A DNA stretch of 64,000 nt from contig NC_086097.1 of assembly GCF_963921235.1 (NCBI RefSeq), forward strand, positions 213,654,001 through 213,718,000, written 5' to 3'. This document shows positions 1 through 13,099 of this stretch, piece after piece (positions within the stretch are counted from its first letter, which is position 1; each line of letters opens with the position of its first letter). Under the pieces are notes generated by a model. The model was not told the DNA's origin. It saw only the letters and a program-made list of their open reading frames with translations, and did not search any database. The translations under genes were made by a program, and so were the position numbers. The stretch comes from Mobula hypostoma (Eukaryota).

Positions 1-1889
1 ACTTCTCAAAAGAATTTTCTTATGTTGGATAGTGAGCCTAGAAACAATAAGTTCATACCTCACAGCAACTCGGTGTGTCCAAATTAAAGGACGACAATTA
101 TGCAATGTGGATAGCAAACTTAATTTATAGAGGGCATTTAATGTTGAAGTTTCAGCCAGTTATACAGAATTAAGGGTAAATTAACCCACTGTACTCGCAA
201 GTGCAAGTGTGAGGTAAATCATTAAAAGACTGGCAGGAAAGACCAGTGTAATTCAATAGTGTCGTCTTAGGTGCTGTGCAGTGTGTATTGTTTCCAAACA
301 TCTGGAGAAAGGCAGTGTTCATCATATCGAATTGCAGGCGTTATTGCAGCTTGGTCAGGTTTGTAATAATTACAGGGCTCTGTACAATTTAATTAGATGA
401 CATGAGTAATGGCAGATGGTTACTCTTCAGCGACACCGGAGAAAGAAAATGATTTAGGTGTGCCAATTAACCCTGTCCTAAGAAAGTAAATTCAAACTCT
501 GGTCCTGGATTATTTTGGGATGTGGGTTACAGTTACAAGGTAATAGAAGAGGGAAAGATTCCAGATATTCATAGATAAGGTCAATCAATGGAAATTCTGC
601 AGGTAACTGAATTGATTAAATCTCAACTGTTCAGTAATAGTATTGGTGAAGGGACCTTTGGCCACTGTTTTTATCAGGTATTAATATACATCCACACATC
701 CAGTAAGAGCAACATGTAGTATCCAGAGATGTATAGTTAGATATGGAAATTTGTTCAATTATCCCTGCTCCTACGCATGTTTCATTACACTGGCATTCTG
801 TCAAGTGGCCTGTTATCATTAATGGGAAAGCTTGTGACACTCGTCCATTGCATACCTGTCTATCAGACCCCACACAATCATGCAGTGAATCTTTATTGGT
901 CTGGTAAATTGTTGCAAGGGAAAACCATAAATAACAGGTATCTCTTTTGATCTGCATAATATTTGTCTAACCACTTCATAAAAGAATATCCAGGCTAGTG
1001 CCCCTTGTTTGAAGAGTTTTTAATCTGATTAGTTGGTTTCCCTTCTTACTCGCATCACAAATTCCTTGGACAGGATCCTCTCTACATGTGATTTCTGTAA
1101 AGAACATTTAAAAATGTGTACAGTTGGAAATAGTGAACAAGACAGTAAATTGTTCACCACAGAATCTAGTCCATTATTGGTCATGAAGGTAGAATCCTTG
1201 TCATGTCCCATACCTAGTGACATGGGCCTCACAATGATGCTCATGTCCGCACAGTGGAAGATTTGAAGTAGATTCAGAGAATCTCCAGGTTTGTTCATGT
1301 TCTGGAAGGTCACAATTTGAGACTTAAAATCAATTTTTTTTGCATCAGCCCCCCCCCCCCCGATTGGTTGATAGAACAGCAAAGTGCAAGAGCAGACCAT
1401 TTTCCTCTCAACTTAGACCATGTCAATTGAATAACAATCAAGGTAGTCCCCCTCCACTGATCTTTCCCAATGTTTATTTCCCTTGAAGCCTTTTAAAAGT
1501 CACTCTAACTCTGTGTTTGCCACCCTACTAAGTAATGCATTCCAGGACCCAACAACTGATTCTCCGTTTTATGAGTTAGCTTTAATCTGTTCCTTCAATG
1601 ACTCTTCAGGCAGATGCAACAGTTTCTTTCTTATTCAATGTAATGGTTCATGGTCTTAAGTACTTCAAACTATCTTCTGATCCCTTCTGCTCCAAGGAAA
1701 GAAGTCTTCGCTTCTCTTGATCCATAGAGTTTTACACCCCATACTAAATTGTATCATAGCATTGCCCATTCCATCAGTCCACCGATGAGCTTCTGAAGAT
1801 TATTACTGTCTTCCTCACTACTTAATACCCCCTCAGGTTTCATATCATCACACATTTACCCAGGTATATGCGAAGTCCCTAGTAGATAT

Positions 1890-2975
1890 TGCCTATTTGA
1901 CTGGATAGGTAAGTTAGGTCCCATGGAACCCAAGGAGAGCAAGGTATGTGGATTCAAAATTGGCTTGCAGGTAGGAAGCAAAGGGTGGTGGCTGCGGGCA
2001 CTTCTTGGAACAAAGACAAAGGACTAGTGGTGTGCTGCGGTGGTCAGAGTTGGAACCATTTTTATTCGTTATTTATAAATGATTTGGATGTGAATGCAGA
2101 AGGCTTGATCAGTAATTTTGTGGATGACAGGAAGTGAGGTGTTGTTGATAATGAAGTAATTTATCATAGACTACAGAGGAACCTTCATCAGTCAGGAAAG
2201 CAGCTGAGGAGTGACAAATGGATTGCACAGCCGCCAAGTGAGGGATGATGAACTTTGGAAAGCCAAAGCGGTGCAGGATTTATACTGGGGTGCTAGGGCT
2301 CTTGAATGTAATGGAACAGACGGACTTGGCAATACAAGGGTATAGTTTGTTGAAAGTGGCAGTACAGATAGACAGGGTGGGTGTAAAAGGCATTTAGCAT
2401 GATGGCCATTAGACAGGGCATTGAGCATAGCAGTTTCAGTTGCACTTGGAGTACTGTGTACAGTTTTGTTCATGCCCTCATAGGAAAGATGTTGTTAAAC
2501 TAGGAAGAGTGCAAAAAAGATTTACAAGGATGTTGTCAGAACTAGAGGGCTTGAGTTATAGGGAGAGGTTGTCTAAACCGAGGTCTTTATTCCTTGGAAT
2601 GTTGTCGAATGTGTGGTGACTTTATAGAAATATTTAAAATGATGTGAAGCATAGATAAGGAGAATGTTAAGTCTCGTCACCTAAATAGGGAGGACCAAGA
2701 CAAAGGGATGTATATTTAGGATGAGAGAGGAAAGAGTTAAAATGGACTTGAGGAGCAACTGCTTCGTGCAGAGGGTGGTGATCATGTTGAATGAAGTGAC
2801 AGGGGAAGTGTTTGAGGTGGGTACAATATATCATTTGAAAAGTACTTCGGTAGGTACTGTACATGGAGAACAGGACTTAGAGGGAAATGGGCTGAATGTA
2901 GAAAATTGCAACCAATTGGGTTGGCACAGTAGTCGGGATGAACTCGTCGAGCTGAAAGGATTGTAGCTATGTCCA
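1890..2975 (+). mobile_element. Degenerate 5'-truncated CR1 LINE (RT C-terminus and 3' region)
   Basis: Fragments WIQNWLAGRKQRVV, FINDLDVNAEGLISNFVDD and DLRSNCFVQRVV match the CR1 ORF2 motifs seen intact at 3479-4405; many frameshifts. Confidence 0.85.
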
Positions 2976-3334
2976 ATTGCTCTGTCTGTCTCTAAATCAC
3001 TAATATGTATCCAAAACAGAATTTGTCCCCTTCCCCAACTTTGAGGGCCTCTAGTCCAATAAGGAGTTGTTGACTATTCTGCTCTCTTTTCTACCCTTAT
3101 CTTTGACCGACTACTTTTATCCAATGGGCTTCAAATCTGCTTGCAAGGCTTCCATGTCAAAATATATCAAATGTATCAAAATTCACAATTTCAATTCTCT
3201 GCTTTTTCTACTCTCCCTATTACCCAAACAAAACAAATCAATGCTAATTACCTGCTACATTCATGATAGGCTTACACATAGCATTCCATGTAGACATACA
3301 CCACCTTCCTTTCTCTCTGGCGTTGCCAGCAGTT

Positions 3335-4473
3335 CCATATGGAATGAGACACGGTAGGCTTATTCATAAAGTCAGAAAACATGGGATCCAGGGAAGTTTG
3401 GCCAGGTGGGTTCAGAATTGGCTTGCCTGCAGAAGGCAGAGGGTCATGGTGGAGTGAGTACATTCAGATTGGAGGATTGTGACTAGTGGTGTCCCACAAA
3501 GATCTGTTCTGGGACCTCTACTTTTCATGATTTTTATTAACGACCTGGATGTAGGGGTAGAAGGGTGGGTTAGCAAGTTTGCAGACGACACAAAGGTTGG
3601 TGGTATTGTAGATAGTGTAGAGGATTGTCAAAGATTGCAGAGAGACATTGATAGGATGCAGAAGTGGGCTGAGAAGTGGCAGTTGGAGTTCAACCCGGAG
3701 AAGTGTGAGGTGGTACACTTTGGAAGGACAAACTCCAAGGCAGAGTACAAAGTAAATGGCAGGATACTCGGTAGTGTGGAAGAGCAGAAGAATCTAGGGG
3801 TACATGTCCACAGATCCCTGAAAGTTGCCTCACAGGTGGATAGGGTAGTTAAGAAAACTTATGGGGTGTTAGCTTTCATAAGTCGAGGGATAGAGTTTAA
3901 GAGTCGCGATGTAATGATGCAGCTCTATAAAACTCTGGTTAGGCCACACTTGGAGTACTGTGTCCAGTTCTGGTCGCCTCACTATAGGAAGGATGTGGAA
4001 GCATTGGAAAGGGTACAGAGGAGATTTACCAAGATGCTGCCTGGTTTAGAGAGTATGTATTATGATCAGAGATTAAGGGAGCTAGGGCTTTACTCTTTGG
4101 AGAGAAGGAGGATGAGAGGAGACGTGATAGGGGTGTACAAGATAATATGAATAGATAGAGTGGATAGCCAGCTCCTCATCCCCAGGGCACCACTGCTCAA
4201 TACAAGAGGACATGGCTTTAAGGTAAGGGGTGGGATGTTCAAGGGGGATATTAGAGGAAGGCTTTTTACTCAGAGAGTGGTTGGTGCGTGGAATACACTG
4301 CCTGAGTCAGTGGTGGAGGCAGATACACTAGTGAAGTTTAAGAGACTACTAGACAGGTATATGGAGGAATTTAAGGTGGGGGCTTATATGGGAGGCAGGG
4401 TTTGAGGGTCGGCACCACATTGTGGGCTGAAGGGCCTGTACTGTGCTGTACTATTCTATGTTCTATGTTCTAT
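3335..4473 (+). mobile_element. 5'-truncated CR1 LINE, relatively young, with (TTCTATG)n tail
   Basis: Continuous CR1 RT sequence followed by a 3' UTR ending ctattctatgttctatgttctat (~4451-4473). Confidence 0.95.
3479..4150 (+). pseudogene. CR1 ORF2 reverse transcriptase fragment
   Basis: 223-aa ORF with SGVPQRSVLGPLLF, KFADDTK and LVRPHLEYCVQFWSP; in-frame stop just upstream and a break at ~4150 (continues in ORF 4160-4405). Confidence 0.92.
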
Positions 4474-4559
4474 ACTTCTTATTCCAGTGGGAAGTAGCTT
4501 GTCCTATACAACAATGCAGAATGCATTAATTTTACATTTAACTGCTGGATATTGCTGCA

Positions 4560-5000
4560 GGAAGGATTGAGGGAGACGGAAGGAAAGCAGTGGAGAGAAA
4601 GAGGCAGATAAAGTGAGTGGAGGAGAGAGGGAAAGAAGGGTGGAGAGGGGAGTGGTAGGGAACAACAGTGAGGAAGGGGCATGCAGGAGGGAGAGGGAAT
4701 AAAGGAGAGGTGAGGGGAGGGGAGGGAGAAAGGGGAGTGTGGGATATGGATGAAACTAAAGTTAATTTCGTACTGTGCTGGTCATATCACAGACATGGCA
4801 TTGACCACTATTTTATCCACTACATCATATCTGTCCTATACTGGCTAACAATTACATGAGTTGGCAGGGGAGAGTCAGACTGGGTGGAGTGCTTGAAACA
4901 GACAAGGAAGGAGAGAAGGGAAATGAGGGACAAAGAATATTGGGGTTTGTAGGAGGATAGAGAGGGAATAGAGACAAGAGAAGAGTGAGGGTGAAAGAAA
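4560..5000. repeat. Purine-rich (G/A) low-complexity tract
   Basis: Runs such as gaggggagtggtaggg and gaggggaggggagggagaaaggggg. Confidence 0.6.
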
Positions 5001-6344
5001 GATAAAATTGTTAATGTTAGCCATTGCTTTTCCCTCTCCTTTGTGTAACTTCCTCTCATCTCACTGTGTTCTTTTGTTAAATATTGACTCTACTATTTAG
5101 ACAATTACATACATAACATTTTCTTATTTTATTACATCTTTATCTTTGTATGTTAAAAGAATGATGAAAATTTTAAGTAACTGAATATATATTAGCATAA
5201 ACCCTTCCCAGATTTAAACTATGTTGAATTCTGGCTGGTGGAGACACCATGGTTATCAGCACTTCTGCTTTTGTGAAGGGACGAACAAAGGTCTGGCATC
5301 CCGCTCCTGATCACAGCCCATGCCTCCTGCTGGAAGTAAAGACGTGAGGACAGCTTGAACTTGGCTATGAATTTCAACACCTACTTGAGCTTCATTGTCT
5401 GATCTCACACACAAAAAAAAATGAGCAACCAATTGGAAATTGTAACAGAGGATTATCAATAGGGTTGCCAATTTTGATTGAAGTCATTCCAGGACATCTA
5501 CTTACGTGACATCTGATCGTGGGGCTTTTGCAGGTTGTTGTTGTTTTGTCTATTAATCGTTGAGCATTTCTGGCAGCTGCCACAGTGAGAGATGTTTCAA
5601 GAACCAGAAAAGATACCAAACAACTTATTACAGTGAAGTTATTAGTTAGAAGATGTCACTTCCAGTGAAGAGGAATTGAACAGATAAAGCCTAGGTGAAA
5701 TCTGAATGGTATTTGGAGACAGAAGAATTGTCACCATTTTGTTTATTCTCTTCTTGTTAACTTTTCCCATATGGGCATCTTAAATTAACAGTTGCCTTTA
5801 TAGAGTCAATAGTTTATGCTGAATGCTGGTGGCTGTTGTTTTAGGCCATAAGGGAGGGTTTAAGTCAAAGTATCAAGGTAAGGACTAATGCTACATTCAA
5901 TCATTAAACAGCGGTTAATGGGCAGTGAAAAAGAAGTGCAAATACCTTCCGATTTCCTCACCTGCTAAGGTTTGTTCCCATTTTCCTTTGCCATTGCAGG
6001 TAGGATCAACCAATTCATAGACTGGGTATCAGACCTGGAATTCTGATGGTCTTAATTACTCAATACCGTTTGAGGCTATGGATTTAAATACAGCAATTTT
6101 AAGAAATAAGTCTTACAACATTGGAAGAACATCCTGAACATTAAGCGTTAGGTTTAGTATAGCTGAAAGTAGGTTTGAGTAAATAAAGCATTGAAGGAAT
6201 TGAATAACTGGATGGCAGGAAGGTGAAGAATTATGGAATGTTCTCTAAATACTTCAGGATGTATTTTGTGAGGTCTCTTGTTTTTGTTGTGATGCTTCAC
6301 ATTGCAAATGTGCATCAGATATTTGTGGATGTTTTAGCTACAAT

Positions 6345-6625
6345 ATTAGAGTCACATGACACTACCAGCACAGAAACAGGTCCTTCCACCCATCTAGTCC
6401 ATGCTGAACTATGATTCTGCTATTGACCTGCATTGGGACCAGAGTCCTCCATACCCCTCCCATCCATGTGCCTATCCAGACTTCTCTTAAATGTTGTAAT
6501 TAAACCCGCACCAGCCATATCCACTGGCAGCCTGTCCAGCCTCTGAGTGAAGAAGTTCCCCCTTATGCTCCCTGTAAACATTTCACCTTTCAGCCTTAAC
6601 CTATGACCTCTAGTTCTAGTCTCAT
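6345..6625 (-). mobile_element. CR1 3' end fragment
   Basis: Minus ORF TRTRGHRLRLKGEMFTGSIRGNFFTQR...FKRSLDRHMD, same as the CR1 C-terminus. Confidence 0.85.
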
Positions 6626-6632
6626 TCATTTA

Positions 6633-6901
6633 CAGTCAATCAAAGGGAAACGGCCGATGAATTCCTCTATCGATACCTATTAAGAACTAATATACACTTT
6701 ATATAGTACTGTAGAGGTATTGGTAGTGTTCTAATTTTTCTATATTTCATTTAAATACATTAACTTTTACTCAATTAAATGGTAATTTGTCTTTTTTTAT
6801 ACCTTTTAACTATTTCTATGAAACTTTGGCTAATTGTGCAGCCGCTTAATTGGGCTCAAATATGCCTGTCCCAATGTATCTCCATTAATTGGAATCCACT
6901 G
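6633..6901. mobile_element. Possible Tc1/mariner-pogo (Tigger-like) DNA transposon remnant
   Basis: Flanked by TA on both sides with ends CAGT...ACTG (TA|CAGTCAATC and GGAATCCACTG|TA); terminal match is short and degenerate. Confidence 0.35.
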
Positions 6902-9289
6902 TAATTGAAAGGATAATACCTTTCACTTACATAGGGCTTTTCATACCCCTCTTGGGCTCACGCAACTTGTTTTACAGCCAATGAAATACTTTGAAAGTGT
7001 GGTCATTTCAACAATGCAAAACAAGCCAGCAATCTCTGGGCAAACACAAACTGCTCACATAAACAGCAGTGTGATCACGATGATAAAAGCTGTTTTAGTC
7101 ATTTTGACTGAGAAATTAATGCTAATGAATACAACATTGGTAGCTTTATTCTATTGAAAATTAAAAATTTCTTGCAATGAAATTAAACTATTGGCATGGG
7201 GCTTTGGAAAATAATGGTATACCCCATAAAAGAGCAAATGTAAAATTTTCTCTTGGCGTCTTGACTTAGGATTGAGCATCATGGCAGATGAAGAGTAAGT
7301 GGATCCTATCTCTTGGCTAAATACCATTTACTCAACAATTCTAAATGCACCTTGGGCTTAGATATGCACCAACGTCTCGCCATCTGCTGTGTTATGATTT
7401 ATTTGCCAACTGTTGTATTAAAGAAATTGAAATCCGGCCAATGTTCTGCAAGGGTTTCATATGTGTCACTGGCTCACATAAACACATTTATTGGATTTAG
7501 ATAATATTTTCTCAATATACCTTGTAATTTATGTGAAAATCTGGTATTTACTTGAAAATCAATCCTAAATAGCAACTACTTAATAGTTAAATTACTAATG
7601 ACTGTTACGAAACTGCAGCTGTAACATATTGGAATATTGCAGTCTTCAGATAACTGGCAAAAGGAGAGCGCTGAGAATCAGGTTCTTATAGAATCACAAT
7701 TAAATGATTACACCAAAATTTCCAAAGACCAGATATAAACAATGACCTTGCAAAACAGGAATTCACCTTCAGAATAATGGGCTGCTGCCTGTCAGAATGA
7801 ACACTGGAACAAGATGAGCAAGATGCCAGTTTGTCAATAATAATTGATTGAGGGAGCTGAAAACCTTAAATCATGTTAGAGTATTAACACCAGCATTTTT
7901 CTGTGAGCTCTGCATTACGCATTTTTCTGTAAGCACTCGCTGCTTTCTGAGATCCATTGTGCTTTAAAATAAGCAGTATGTAGATAAACTTAATCAGACC
8001 TGGGGATTTTTTTTTAAAAGCTGTTGAAGGTATTCAGATTATTAGAATATTCCACAAGTTTACCACACTACATGCTGAGAAATTGACTGAGCTACAGATT
8101 GACATTTCCAGGTTTAAAACTCAAATAGTAATTGGTAAATAAATAGAACTAAAGCTACTGAAGAAATAGACATAGAAAGACATAGAAAAATCGACTTTCC
8201 TTCCTTTTCTGCATCTATCTAGTAATGGCATCTGAAGCTTCCAGTAGAATGTAGATACCATATAGATGGCCCTACATGTTGGAACTCCAGACTGACACCC
8301 TGAAAAGCAGAGCAGAGCTGTCACTTAGATTGCAAGTGAAAACTGGATATTGTCAAAGGTTTTTTTTTGAGCTTCTGAATAAATCACGATTTTGATGTTT
8401 ATTAAATACAACTGATCTTAGACATTTTAAGGATAGTACTTGTGTTTATTACCGCCCCGCTCCTTTTTGTTATAGAGTTGCCAAATAAACAGGATGTTTA
8501 GAATATATTGGACTGGTTTATCCCATCCAAGTGTATCCCTCACAAAAACTGCATCCTTCAAACAGTTGTGTTGTGTACATGCTACAAAAATAATTGGCAA
8601 CAATCAATTTGAGCTCTGAATTAGTTATTCTCTCTGATGTTTACATACATTCGTCAATGAAGGTCACAAGAGATTGAGGGCTCTGGGATAATTGGACCCT
8701 GCTTGCAAAGAGCAGGCTGTGAGGGAAGTAGGAAGAAGGAAGGAGGAGGGAAGAGATGAGGTGAAGGGTAAAAAGAAGAGAGATTCATTGAAGGTAGAGA
8801 GATATCAGTGAGTATTGACTTTTTCAGTTTAATAAAAGCTGGATGATTACAATCCTGAGACTTTTTAATACTTACTGAATGGATTTCCATGCTAGGATAA
8901 TTCTGGAATACCAATCGGGGAGGAACTTAATTCTAAGTCGATTCTGATGCTTAGAGGCAAATGGGGCTTCACTCTTTTATTGATGACTATTGAGCGGAAA
9001 GTTGGGCATGGACCTGTGTAGCTGGCTGAGACTGAGATTAAAATCACTGAGGCAAATCGCCACGTCAGTGGTTGAGTTGACAGCCCAATTTGTAGAAGCC
9101 ATAGGGAAACCATCAACACAAAATGAGTTGGGCAAGGGCTTGTTAAGTGCCATTTTACTGTGGGAAAATCAGACAGCCTTCACACTTCATACTGACAGCA
9201 GGAACATTGCAGTGGATCTGCTATCACTTAACACAATATACAAAACAACCTGGAAAACTAACAGTGCAGAATTACTTCAATAAGTGGAG

Positions 9290-9935
9290 ACATGAGACTG
9301 CAGACGCAAAATCCACTGGAGGAGCTCAGCAGGTCAGCCGTATCTATGGAGTGAAATACAGTCAACATTTCAGGTTGAGACCCTTCATCTGGGTGGGAAA
9401 GAAAGAGAGGAGATAGCCATTATGAAAAGGTGGAGCAAGAGCTATCGTGAGATAGGTAGTTGAAGGTGAGGGGGTGATAGACAGACGAGGGAAGAAATGA
9501 AAACACAAAATAATCTGCAGGTGCTGGGGTCAAAGCAACACACAACATGCTGGAGGAACCCAGCAGGTCAGGCAGCATCCATGTAAATGATCAGTCAACA
9601 TTTCGGGCCGGAACCCTTTGTCAGGACAGCGTGTTGTGAGGGAAGAAATGATGTCAGAAGCCGGGAGGTGATGGGTGGAAATGACAAAGGGACGAAGTCT
9701 GATAGAGAGGTAGAGCAGGGAATAATGGGAGGAAGATGGGGAGGGGAGTCAGTGGGAGGAGAGTGTGGGTCATATGGAGATAGATGGGGTGGGATAAGGC
9801 AAAGACAGGGGGATGGAATACTTTTGGATGAGGACAGGAGAGGGGAATTGAAAGGAAAAATAGAGGAATAGGCACAGAGCACCAGAGGTTACTGTAAATT
9901 TGAGAATTTGATGTTCACCCCACTAGTTTGGAGAT
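9290..9935 (-). mobile_element. Old Penelope-like element 3' end (pseudo-LTR) with decayed HHR, interrupted by a younger unit
   Basis: Shares ctggaggagctcagcaggtcag...gtcaacatttcaggttgagacccttcatc and the purine-rich tract with the GIY-YIG PLE at 17068. Confidence 0.75.
9501..9637 (-). mobile_element. 137-bp non-autonomous PLE-derived HHR unit
   Basis: 14-bp TSD GAGGGAAGAAATGA at 9487-9500 and 9638-9651; close match to the PLE 3' end 17068-17193; HHR core reads CUGACAA...GAAAUGUU (mutated). Confidence 0.88.
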
Positions 9936-10574
9936 TGTTCAGTTGGAAATTAATTTAACTGCACAGAATTCAAAATAATCTTGCAGATCAGTAGGGCATA
10001 GGTGGTCTGAGAGCTGCCAGGGGTGTGTGGGGTGTCGCAAGAAAAAAATTTGACAAGATGCATCTTTATGAAATAAATACTTGAGCAAAGGCGAATATAT
10101 ATATAAAAAAACTACACAGGAACATACCCACAAGTAAATCCACACGATATTTAAATCAAACTCTAAATCCAATCAAAGTACTGAAAGAACTGAGAGGCTA
10201 TTGGGCAAATATCTACCTTCAGACAATATTGGAGGAGGCCAACATAACCAGTCCTAAAAATGAACAAAGCAACTTAGAAACTGAAGTTAATCTCTGTAGG
10301 GAGAGCTGCTCATGACTGTGGCCTCTGATCAATGAGTTGTGGCACCCATAACTGTAAAAGCTCCTATCTCAACATAACCTGCGTAACTAGTGACAGACAT
10401 CTGGTGGATTTTCCCCAAACATAAAAGTCCTCTGTGAAACTGAATGACACATGCATAGGGTTTAATACAAAGCAATCATGAACAGAAAAATATAATCCTA
10501 CAATTACCTATTGTAGCTTGGAGTTTCACATTTGACATAATTACTTTAGGTTTATGGAACGGCAGGTCAGTTAA

Positions 10575-11125
10575 GGTTGTCATGGCTAGGGGAAGTAGTG
10601 GGGACAAGCTCTCACTAGCTATTAAATGGTGTGCATCTCAAATAGCCTTTGACAACCAAGTCCAGCTCCTGGACTTCATGTGTGGCCTAGCTTCTAAGCC
10701 TGGCAGAACCATATCTACTGATAGGAGAAAGAAAATTGGGATACTGAAGCCTTAAAAGCAGTTCCTTCAGGCAGTTGGGGCTCTTCACCCATGGCTGGCA
10801 GCTCATCCAGGAGAAGGTGGACTCTGAACTTAAACTCCCACTGCCTTGTGGCTATCCCCACTTGTGGGGAAGGCTTTGGAAGTAAACCCTGAGGAAAAAT
10901 CTGGAGCTGGAGTCCTTAACGCTGGCTGGCATTTCACTGGTTGCCAACTGTATCAGTCTCTGCCATTTCTTTGGATTCATCGGTTGTGTGAAGTGGGGGA
11001 GCCTTCTTCATGGGCAACAGCTTCCCTCCATGGCATGCTCTGCTGGCTTGCATCCTGGCTTATGTATCACTTAGACAGCTGGGATGTAACATTCATGGTC
11101 AATCCTGACCAATGGAGGGCCTCAG
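10575..11125 (+). mobile_element. Non-coding interspersed repeat, copy 1 (family not identified; strand assignment arbitrary)
   Basis: Homologous along its length to the reverse complement of 11184-11590, e.g. gtaaaccctgaggaaaaatctggagctggagtcc. Confidence 0.65.
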
Positions 11126-11183
11126 GATAGAAAGGCAAATATAATACTGTAGTCACTGGGTAGAATAACTGTCGAGATGCTCT

Positions 11184-11590
11184 TTTGGTCAGGGTGGACC
11201 ACAGATACTGTGTCTTAGCTGTCTACCTAGTATGCAAGCCTGAGCAGTATGATGTAGACAGCAAGCTGTGGCCCATGTAACAGGCTTCCCCTCTTCATGC
11301 AGATGATGAATCCAAAGGAACGGCAAAGACCGATAGTTTGGCACACGTGGCATTGCAGGAGTGGAGAGCGTTGATTCTCAATGTAAGACTGCCTTACGGA
11401 CTCCAGCTCCAGATTTTTTGTCGGGGTTTACTCCTGAAGCCTCCCGGTGAGTGGGTATAGCCATAAGGCAGCCGAGGTTTGAGATCGGATTTTTCCTTCT
11501 CCGAGATGACCTGCCGACCATGGTCATGGTCAACCATGGCGACAGGTTTTTAAGGTGCCAGTATTTCACCTTTGCCCCTTCTCATGTCAA
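11184..11590 (-). mobile_element. Non-coding interspersed repeat, inverted copy 2
   Basis: ggactccagctccagattttttgtcggggtttac and ttggtcagggtggacc are reverse complements of copy 1 segments. Confidence 0.65.
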
Positions 11591-13099
11591 ATATAGAATA
11601 TCAATATTTGGGTTTGAATTCTTGTCAACTGTAGAATACCAGACTAGAAATATCTGAAGAATGACAGGTGACAGGGAATGATATAAATGAGAAATAGAAA
11701 TGAAACCCATTGAACTGAATTGGTTAATCTTAAAACCCTGATTTTTATTTTGCTTAATGTGTGGAGTAGAGGTACTCTATTGCCAATGGTGTCAAGGAAT
11801 TGTTTTGTATATTAGTGAATGTTGACTTACCATTCAGCAAAGAAAAAACATTAATCGTTTATGTGATAATGTCACGCTATTTGCAGTATTCATTCTGTAT
11901 TAAAACACTGCTTGCTCTGTTTCTAAGTGAATCTCAATAACTGAATGTATTCAACAACCCAAAACAAATTTGACTCATTTTACGAGAACAATTAAAAAAA
12001 TTCTGTCCTCCATTTTCAACCACTTGTGACCAAACTACTGTATTAAACTTTGCTACTGGATTAACAACTTGCTGATTGTATCTAATAGCAACAGGGGATC
12101 TTAAATATCAATCAAGCTTCAATTTAAAGTTTCACATCAGAAGTGACCACAAAGACAATCAGACAGGCAGACTGCTGATCATCTTTAAATTATTAAAGAG
12201 ACCAGCATGATTCAGCATGGCATTAATATTTGAAGGAAAATTGTACACCCGGATGTTTCTTTTGGTGACCTGAGATATACCAAGGTGATTCATATCCTTT
12301 TATTAAACAATTCAAATGTACAGTCACCACTTGTTTCAGGGAAAAAACACAACAGTTTCTTTCAACACACCATTGCCTCACAGACAGGAATGAGATAAGC
12401 TCGCAGGTAATCTGCCTCAGTGGGGTTTTCTGAGAGATAAATGCTGGCTGTATTTATTTCTTGCTCCTTTGTAAAATCTGCCAATTTGTGGGATAAATTA
12501 CTCACATTTATAATATAGTTTTGATGCAATATTTGAGACAGAAAGCTTTCTAGTTACGTGGCTAATGCTGTGCAAACAGTATTGCAAATTAAAATTTCAC
12601 CCCCATCCATCCATCTTGTGCTTTTCGGTCCTTTCGGTAATAACCTGTTGTGTTTAGAATGCCGTAAGAATATCAAAGCCATTCATCCATTCAGACTTTC
12701 GAGGATATTATGGCAGTTGTTCTTATTCTCTCCATTTATTTGCTTTTTCATCTTGATGACAAGACATAGTACAGATAGACAGTAGTGTGGCTGGTAGAAT
12801 GGTGCAAACACAACTTGAGTCTCAAAAAGGACAAGACTAAAAAGATGATTGTGGACTTTAGGAAGGTGCAAGCTGACTACTCCTCACTGTACATAAATAG
12901 CACTCCTGTGGAAAGAGGAGCACCGAGTTTTTGGTGGTGCACATAATGGAGGATTTCACCTGGTAATTATGGCTGAGAGAGTTCTCAATCTACCGAGTGG
13001 ATTGATCTGCAGAACATTCAGGGAAGGCAAGAGGTGGGGATGTATGTTTCATGATAAACTCTTCATGGTGCTCGAATGCAGCAGTCTTATCACTCTCAC

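Noticed and set aside
631..1400. Cys-rich minus-strand ORFs (108 and 123 aa) as a host gene
   Set aside because: No recognisable domain or consistent splice structure; Cys spacing does not fit a known fold that I can name
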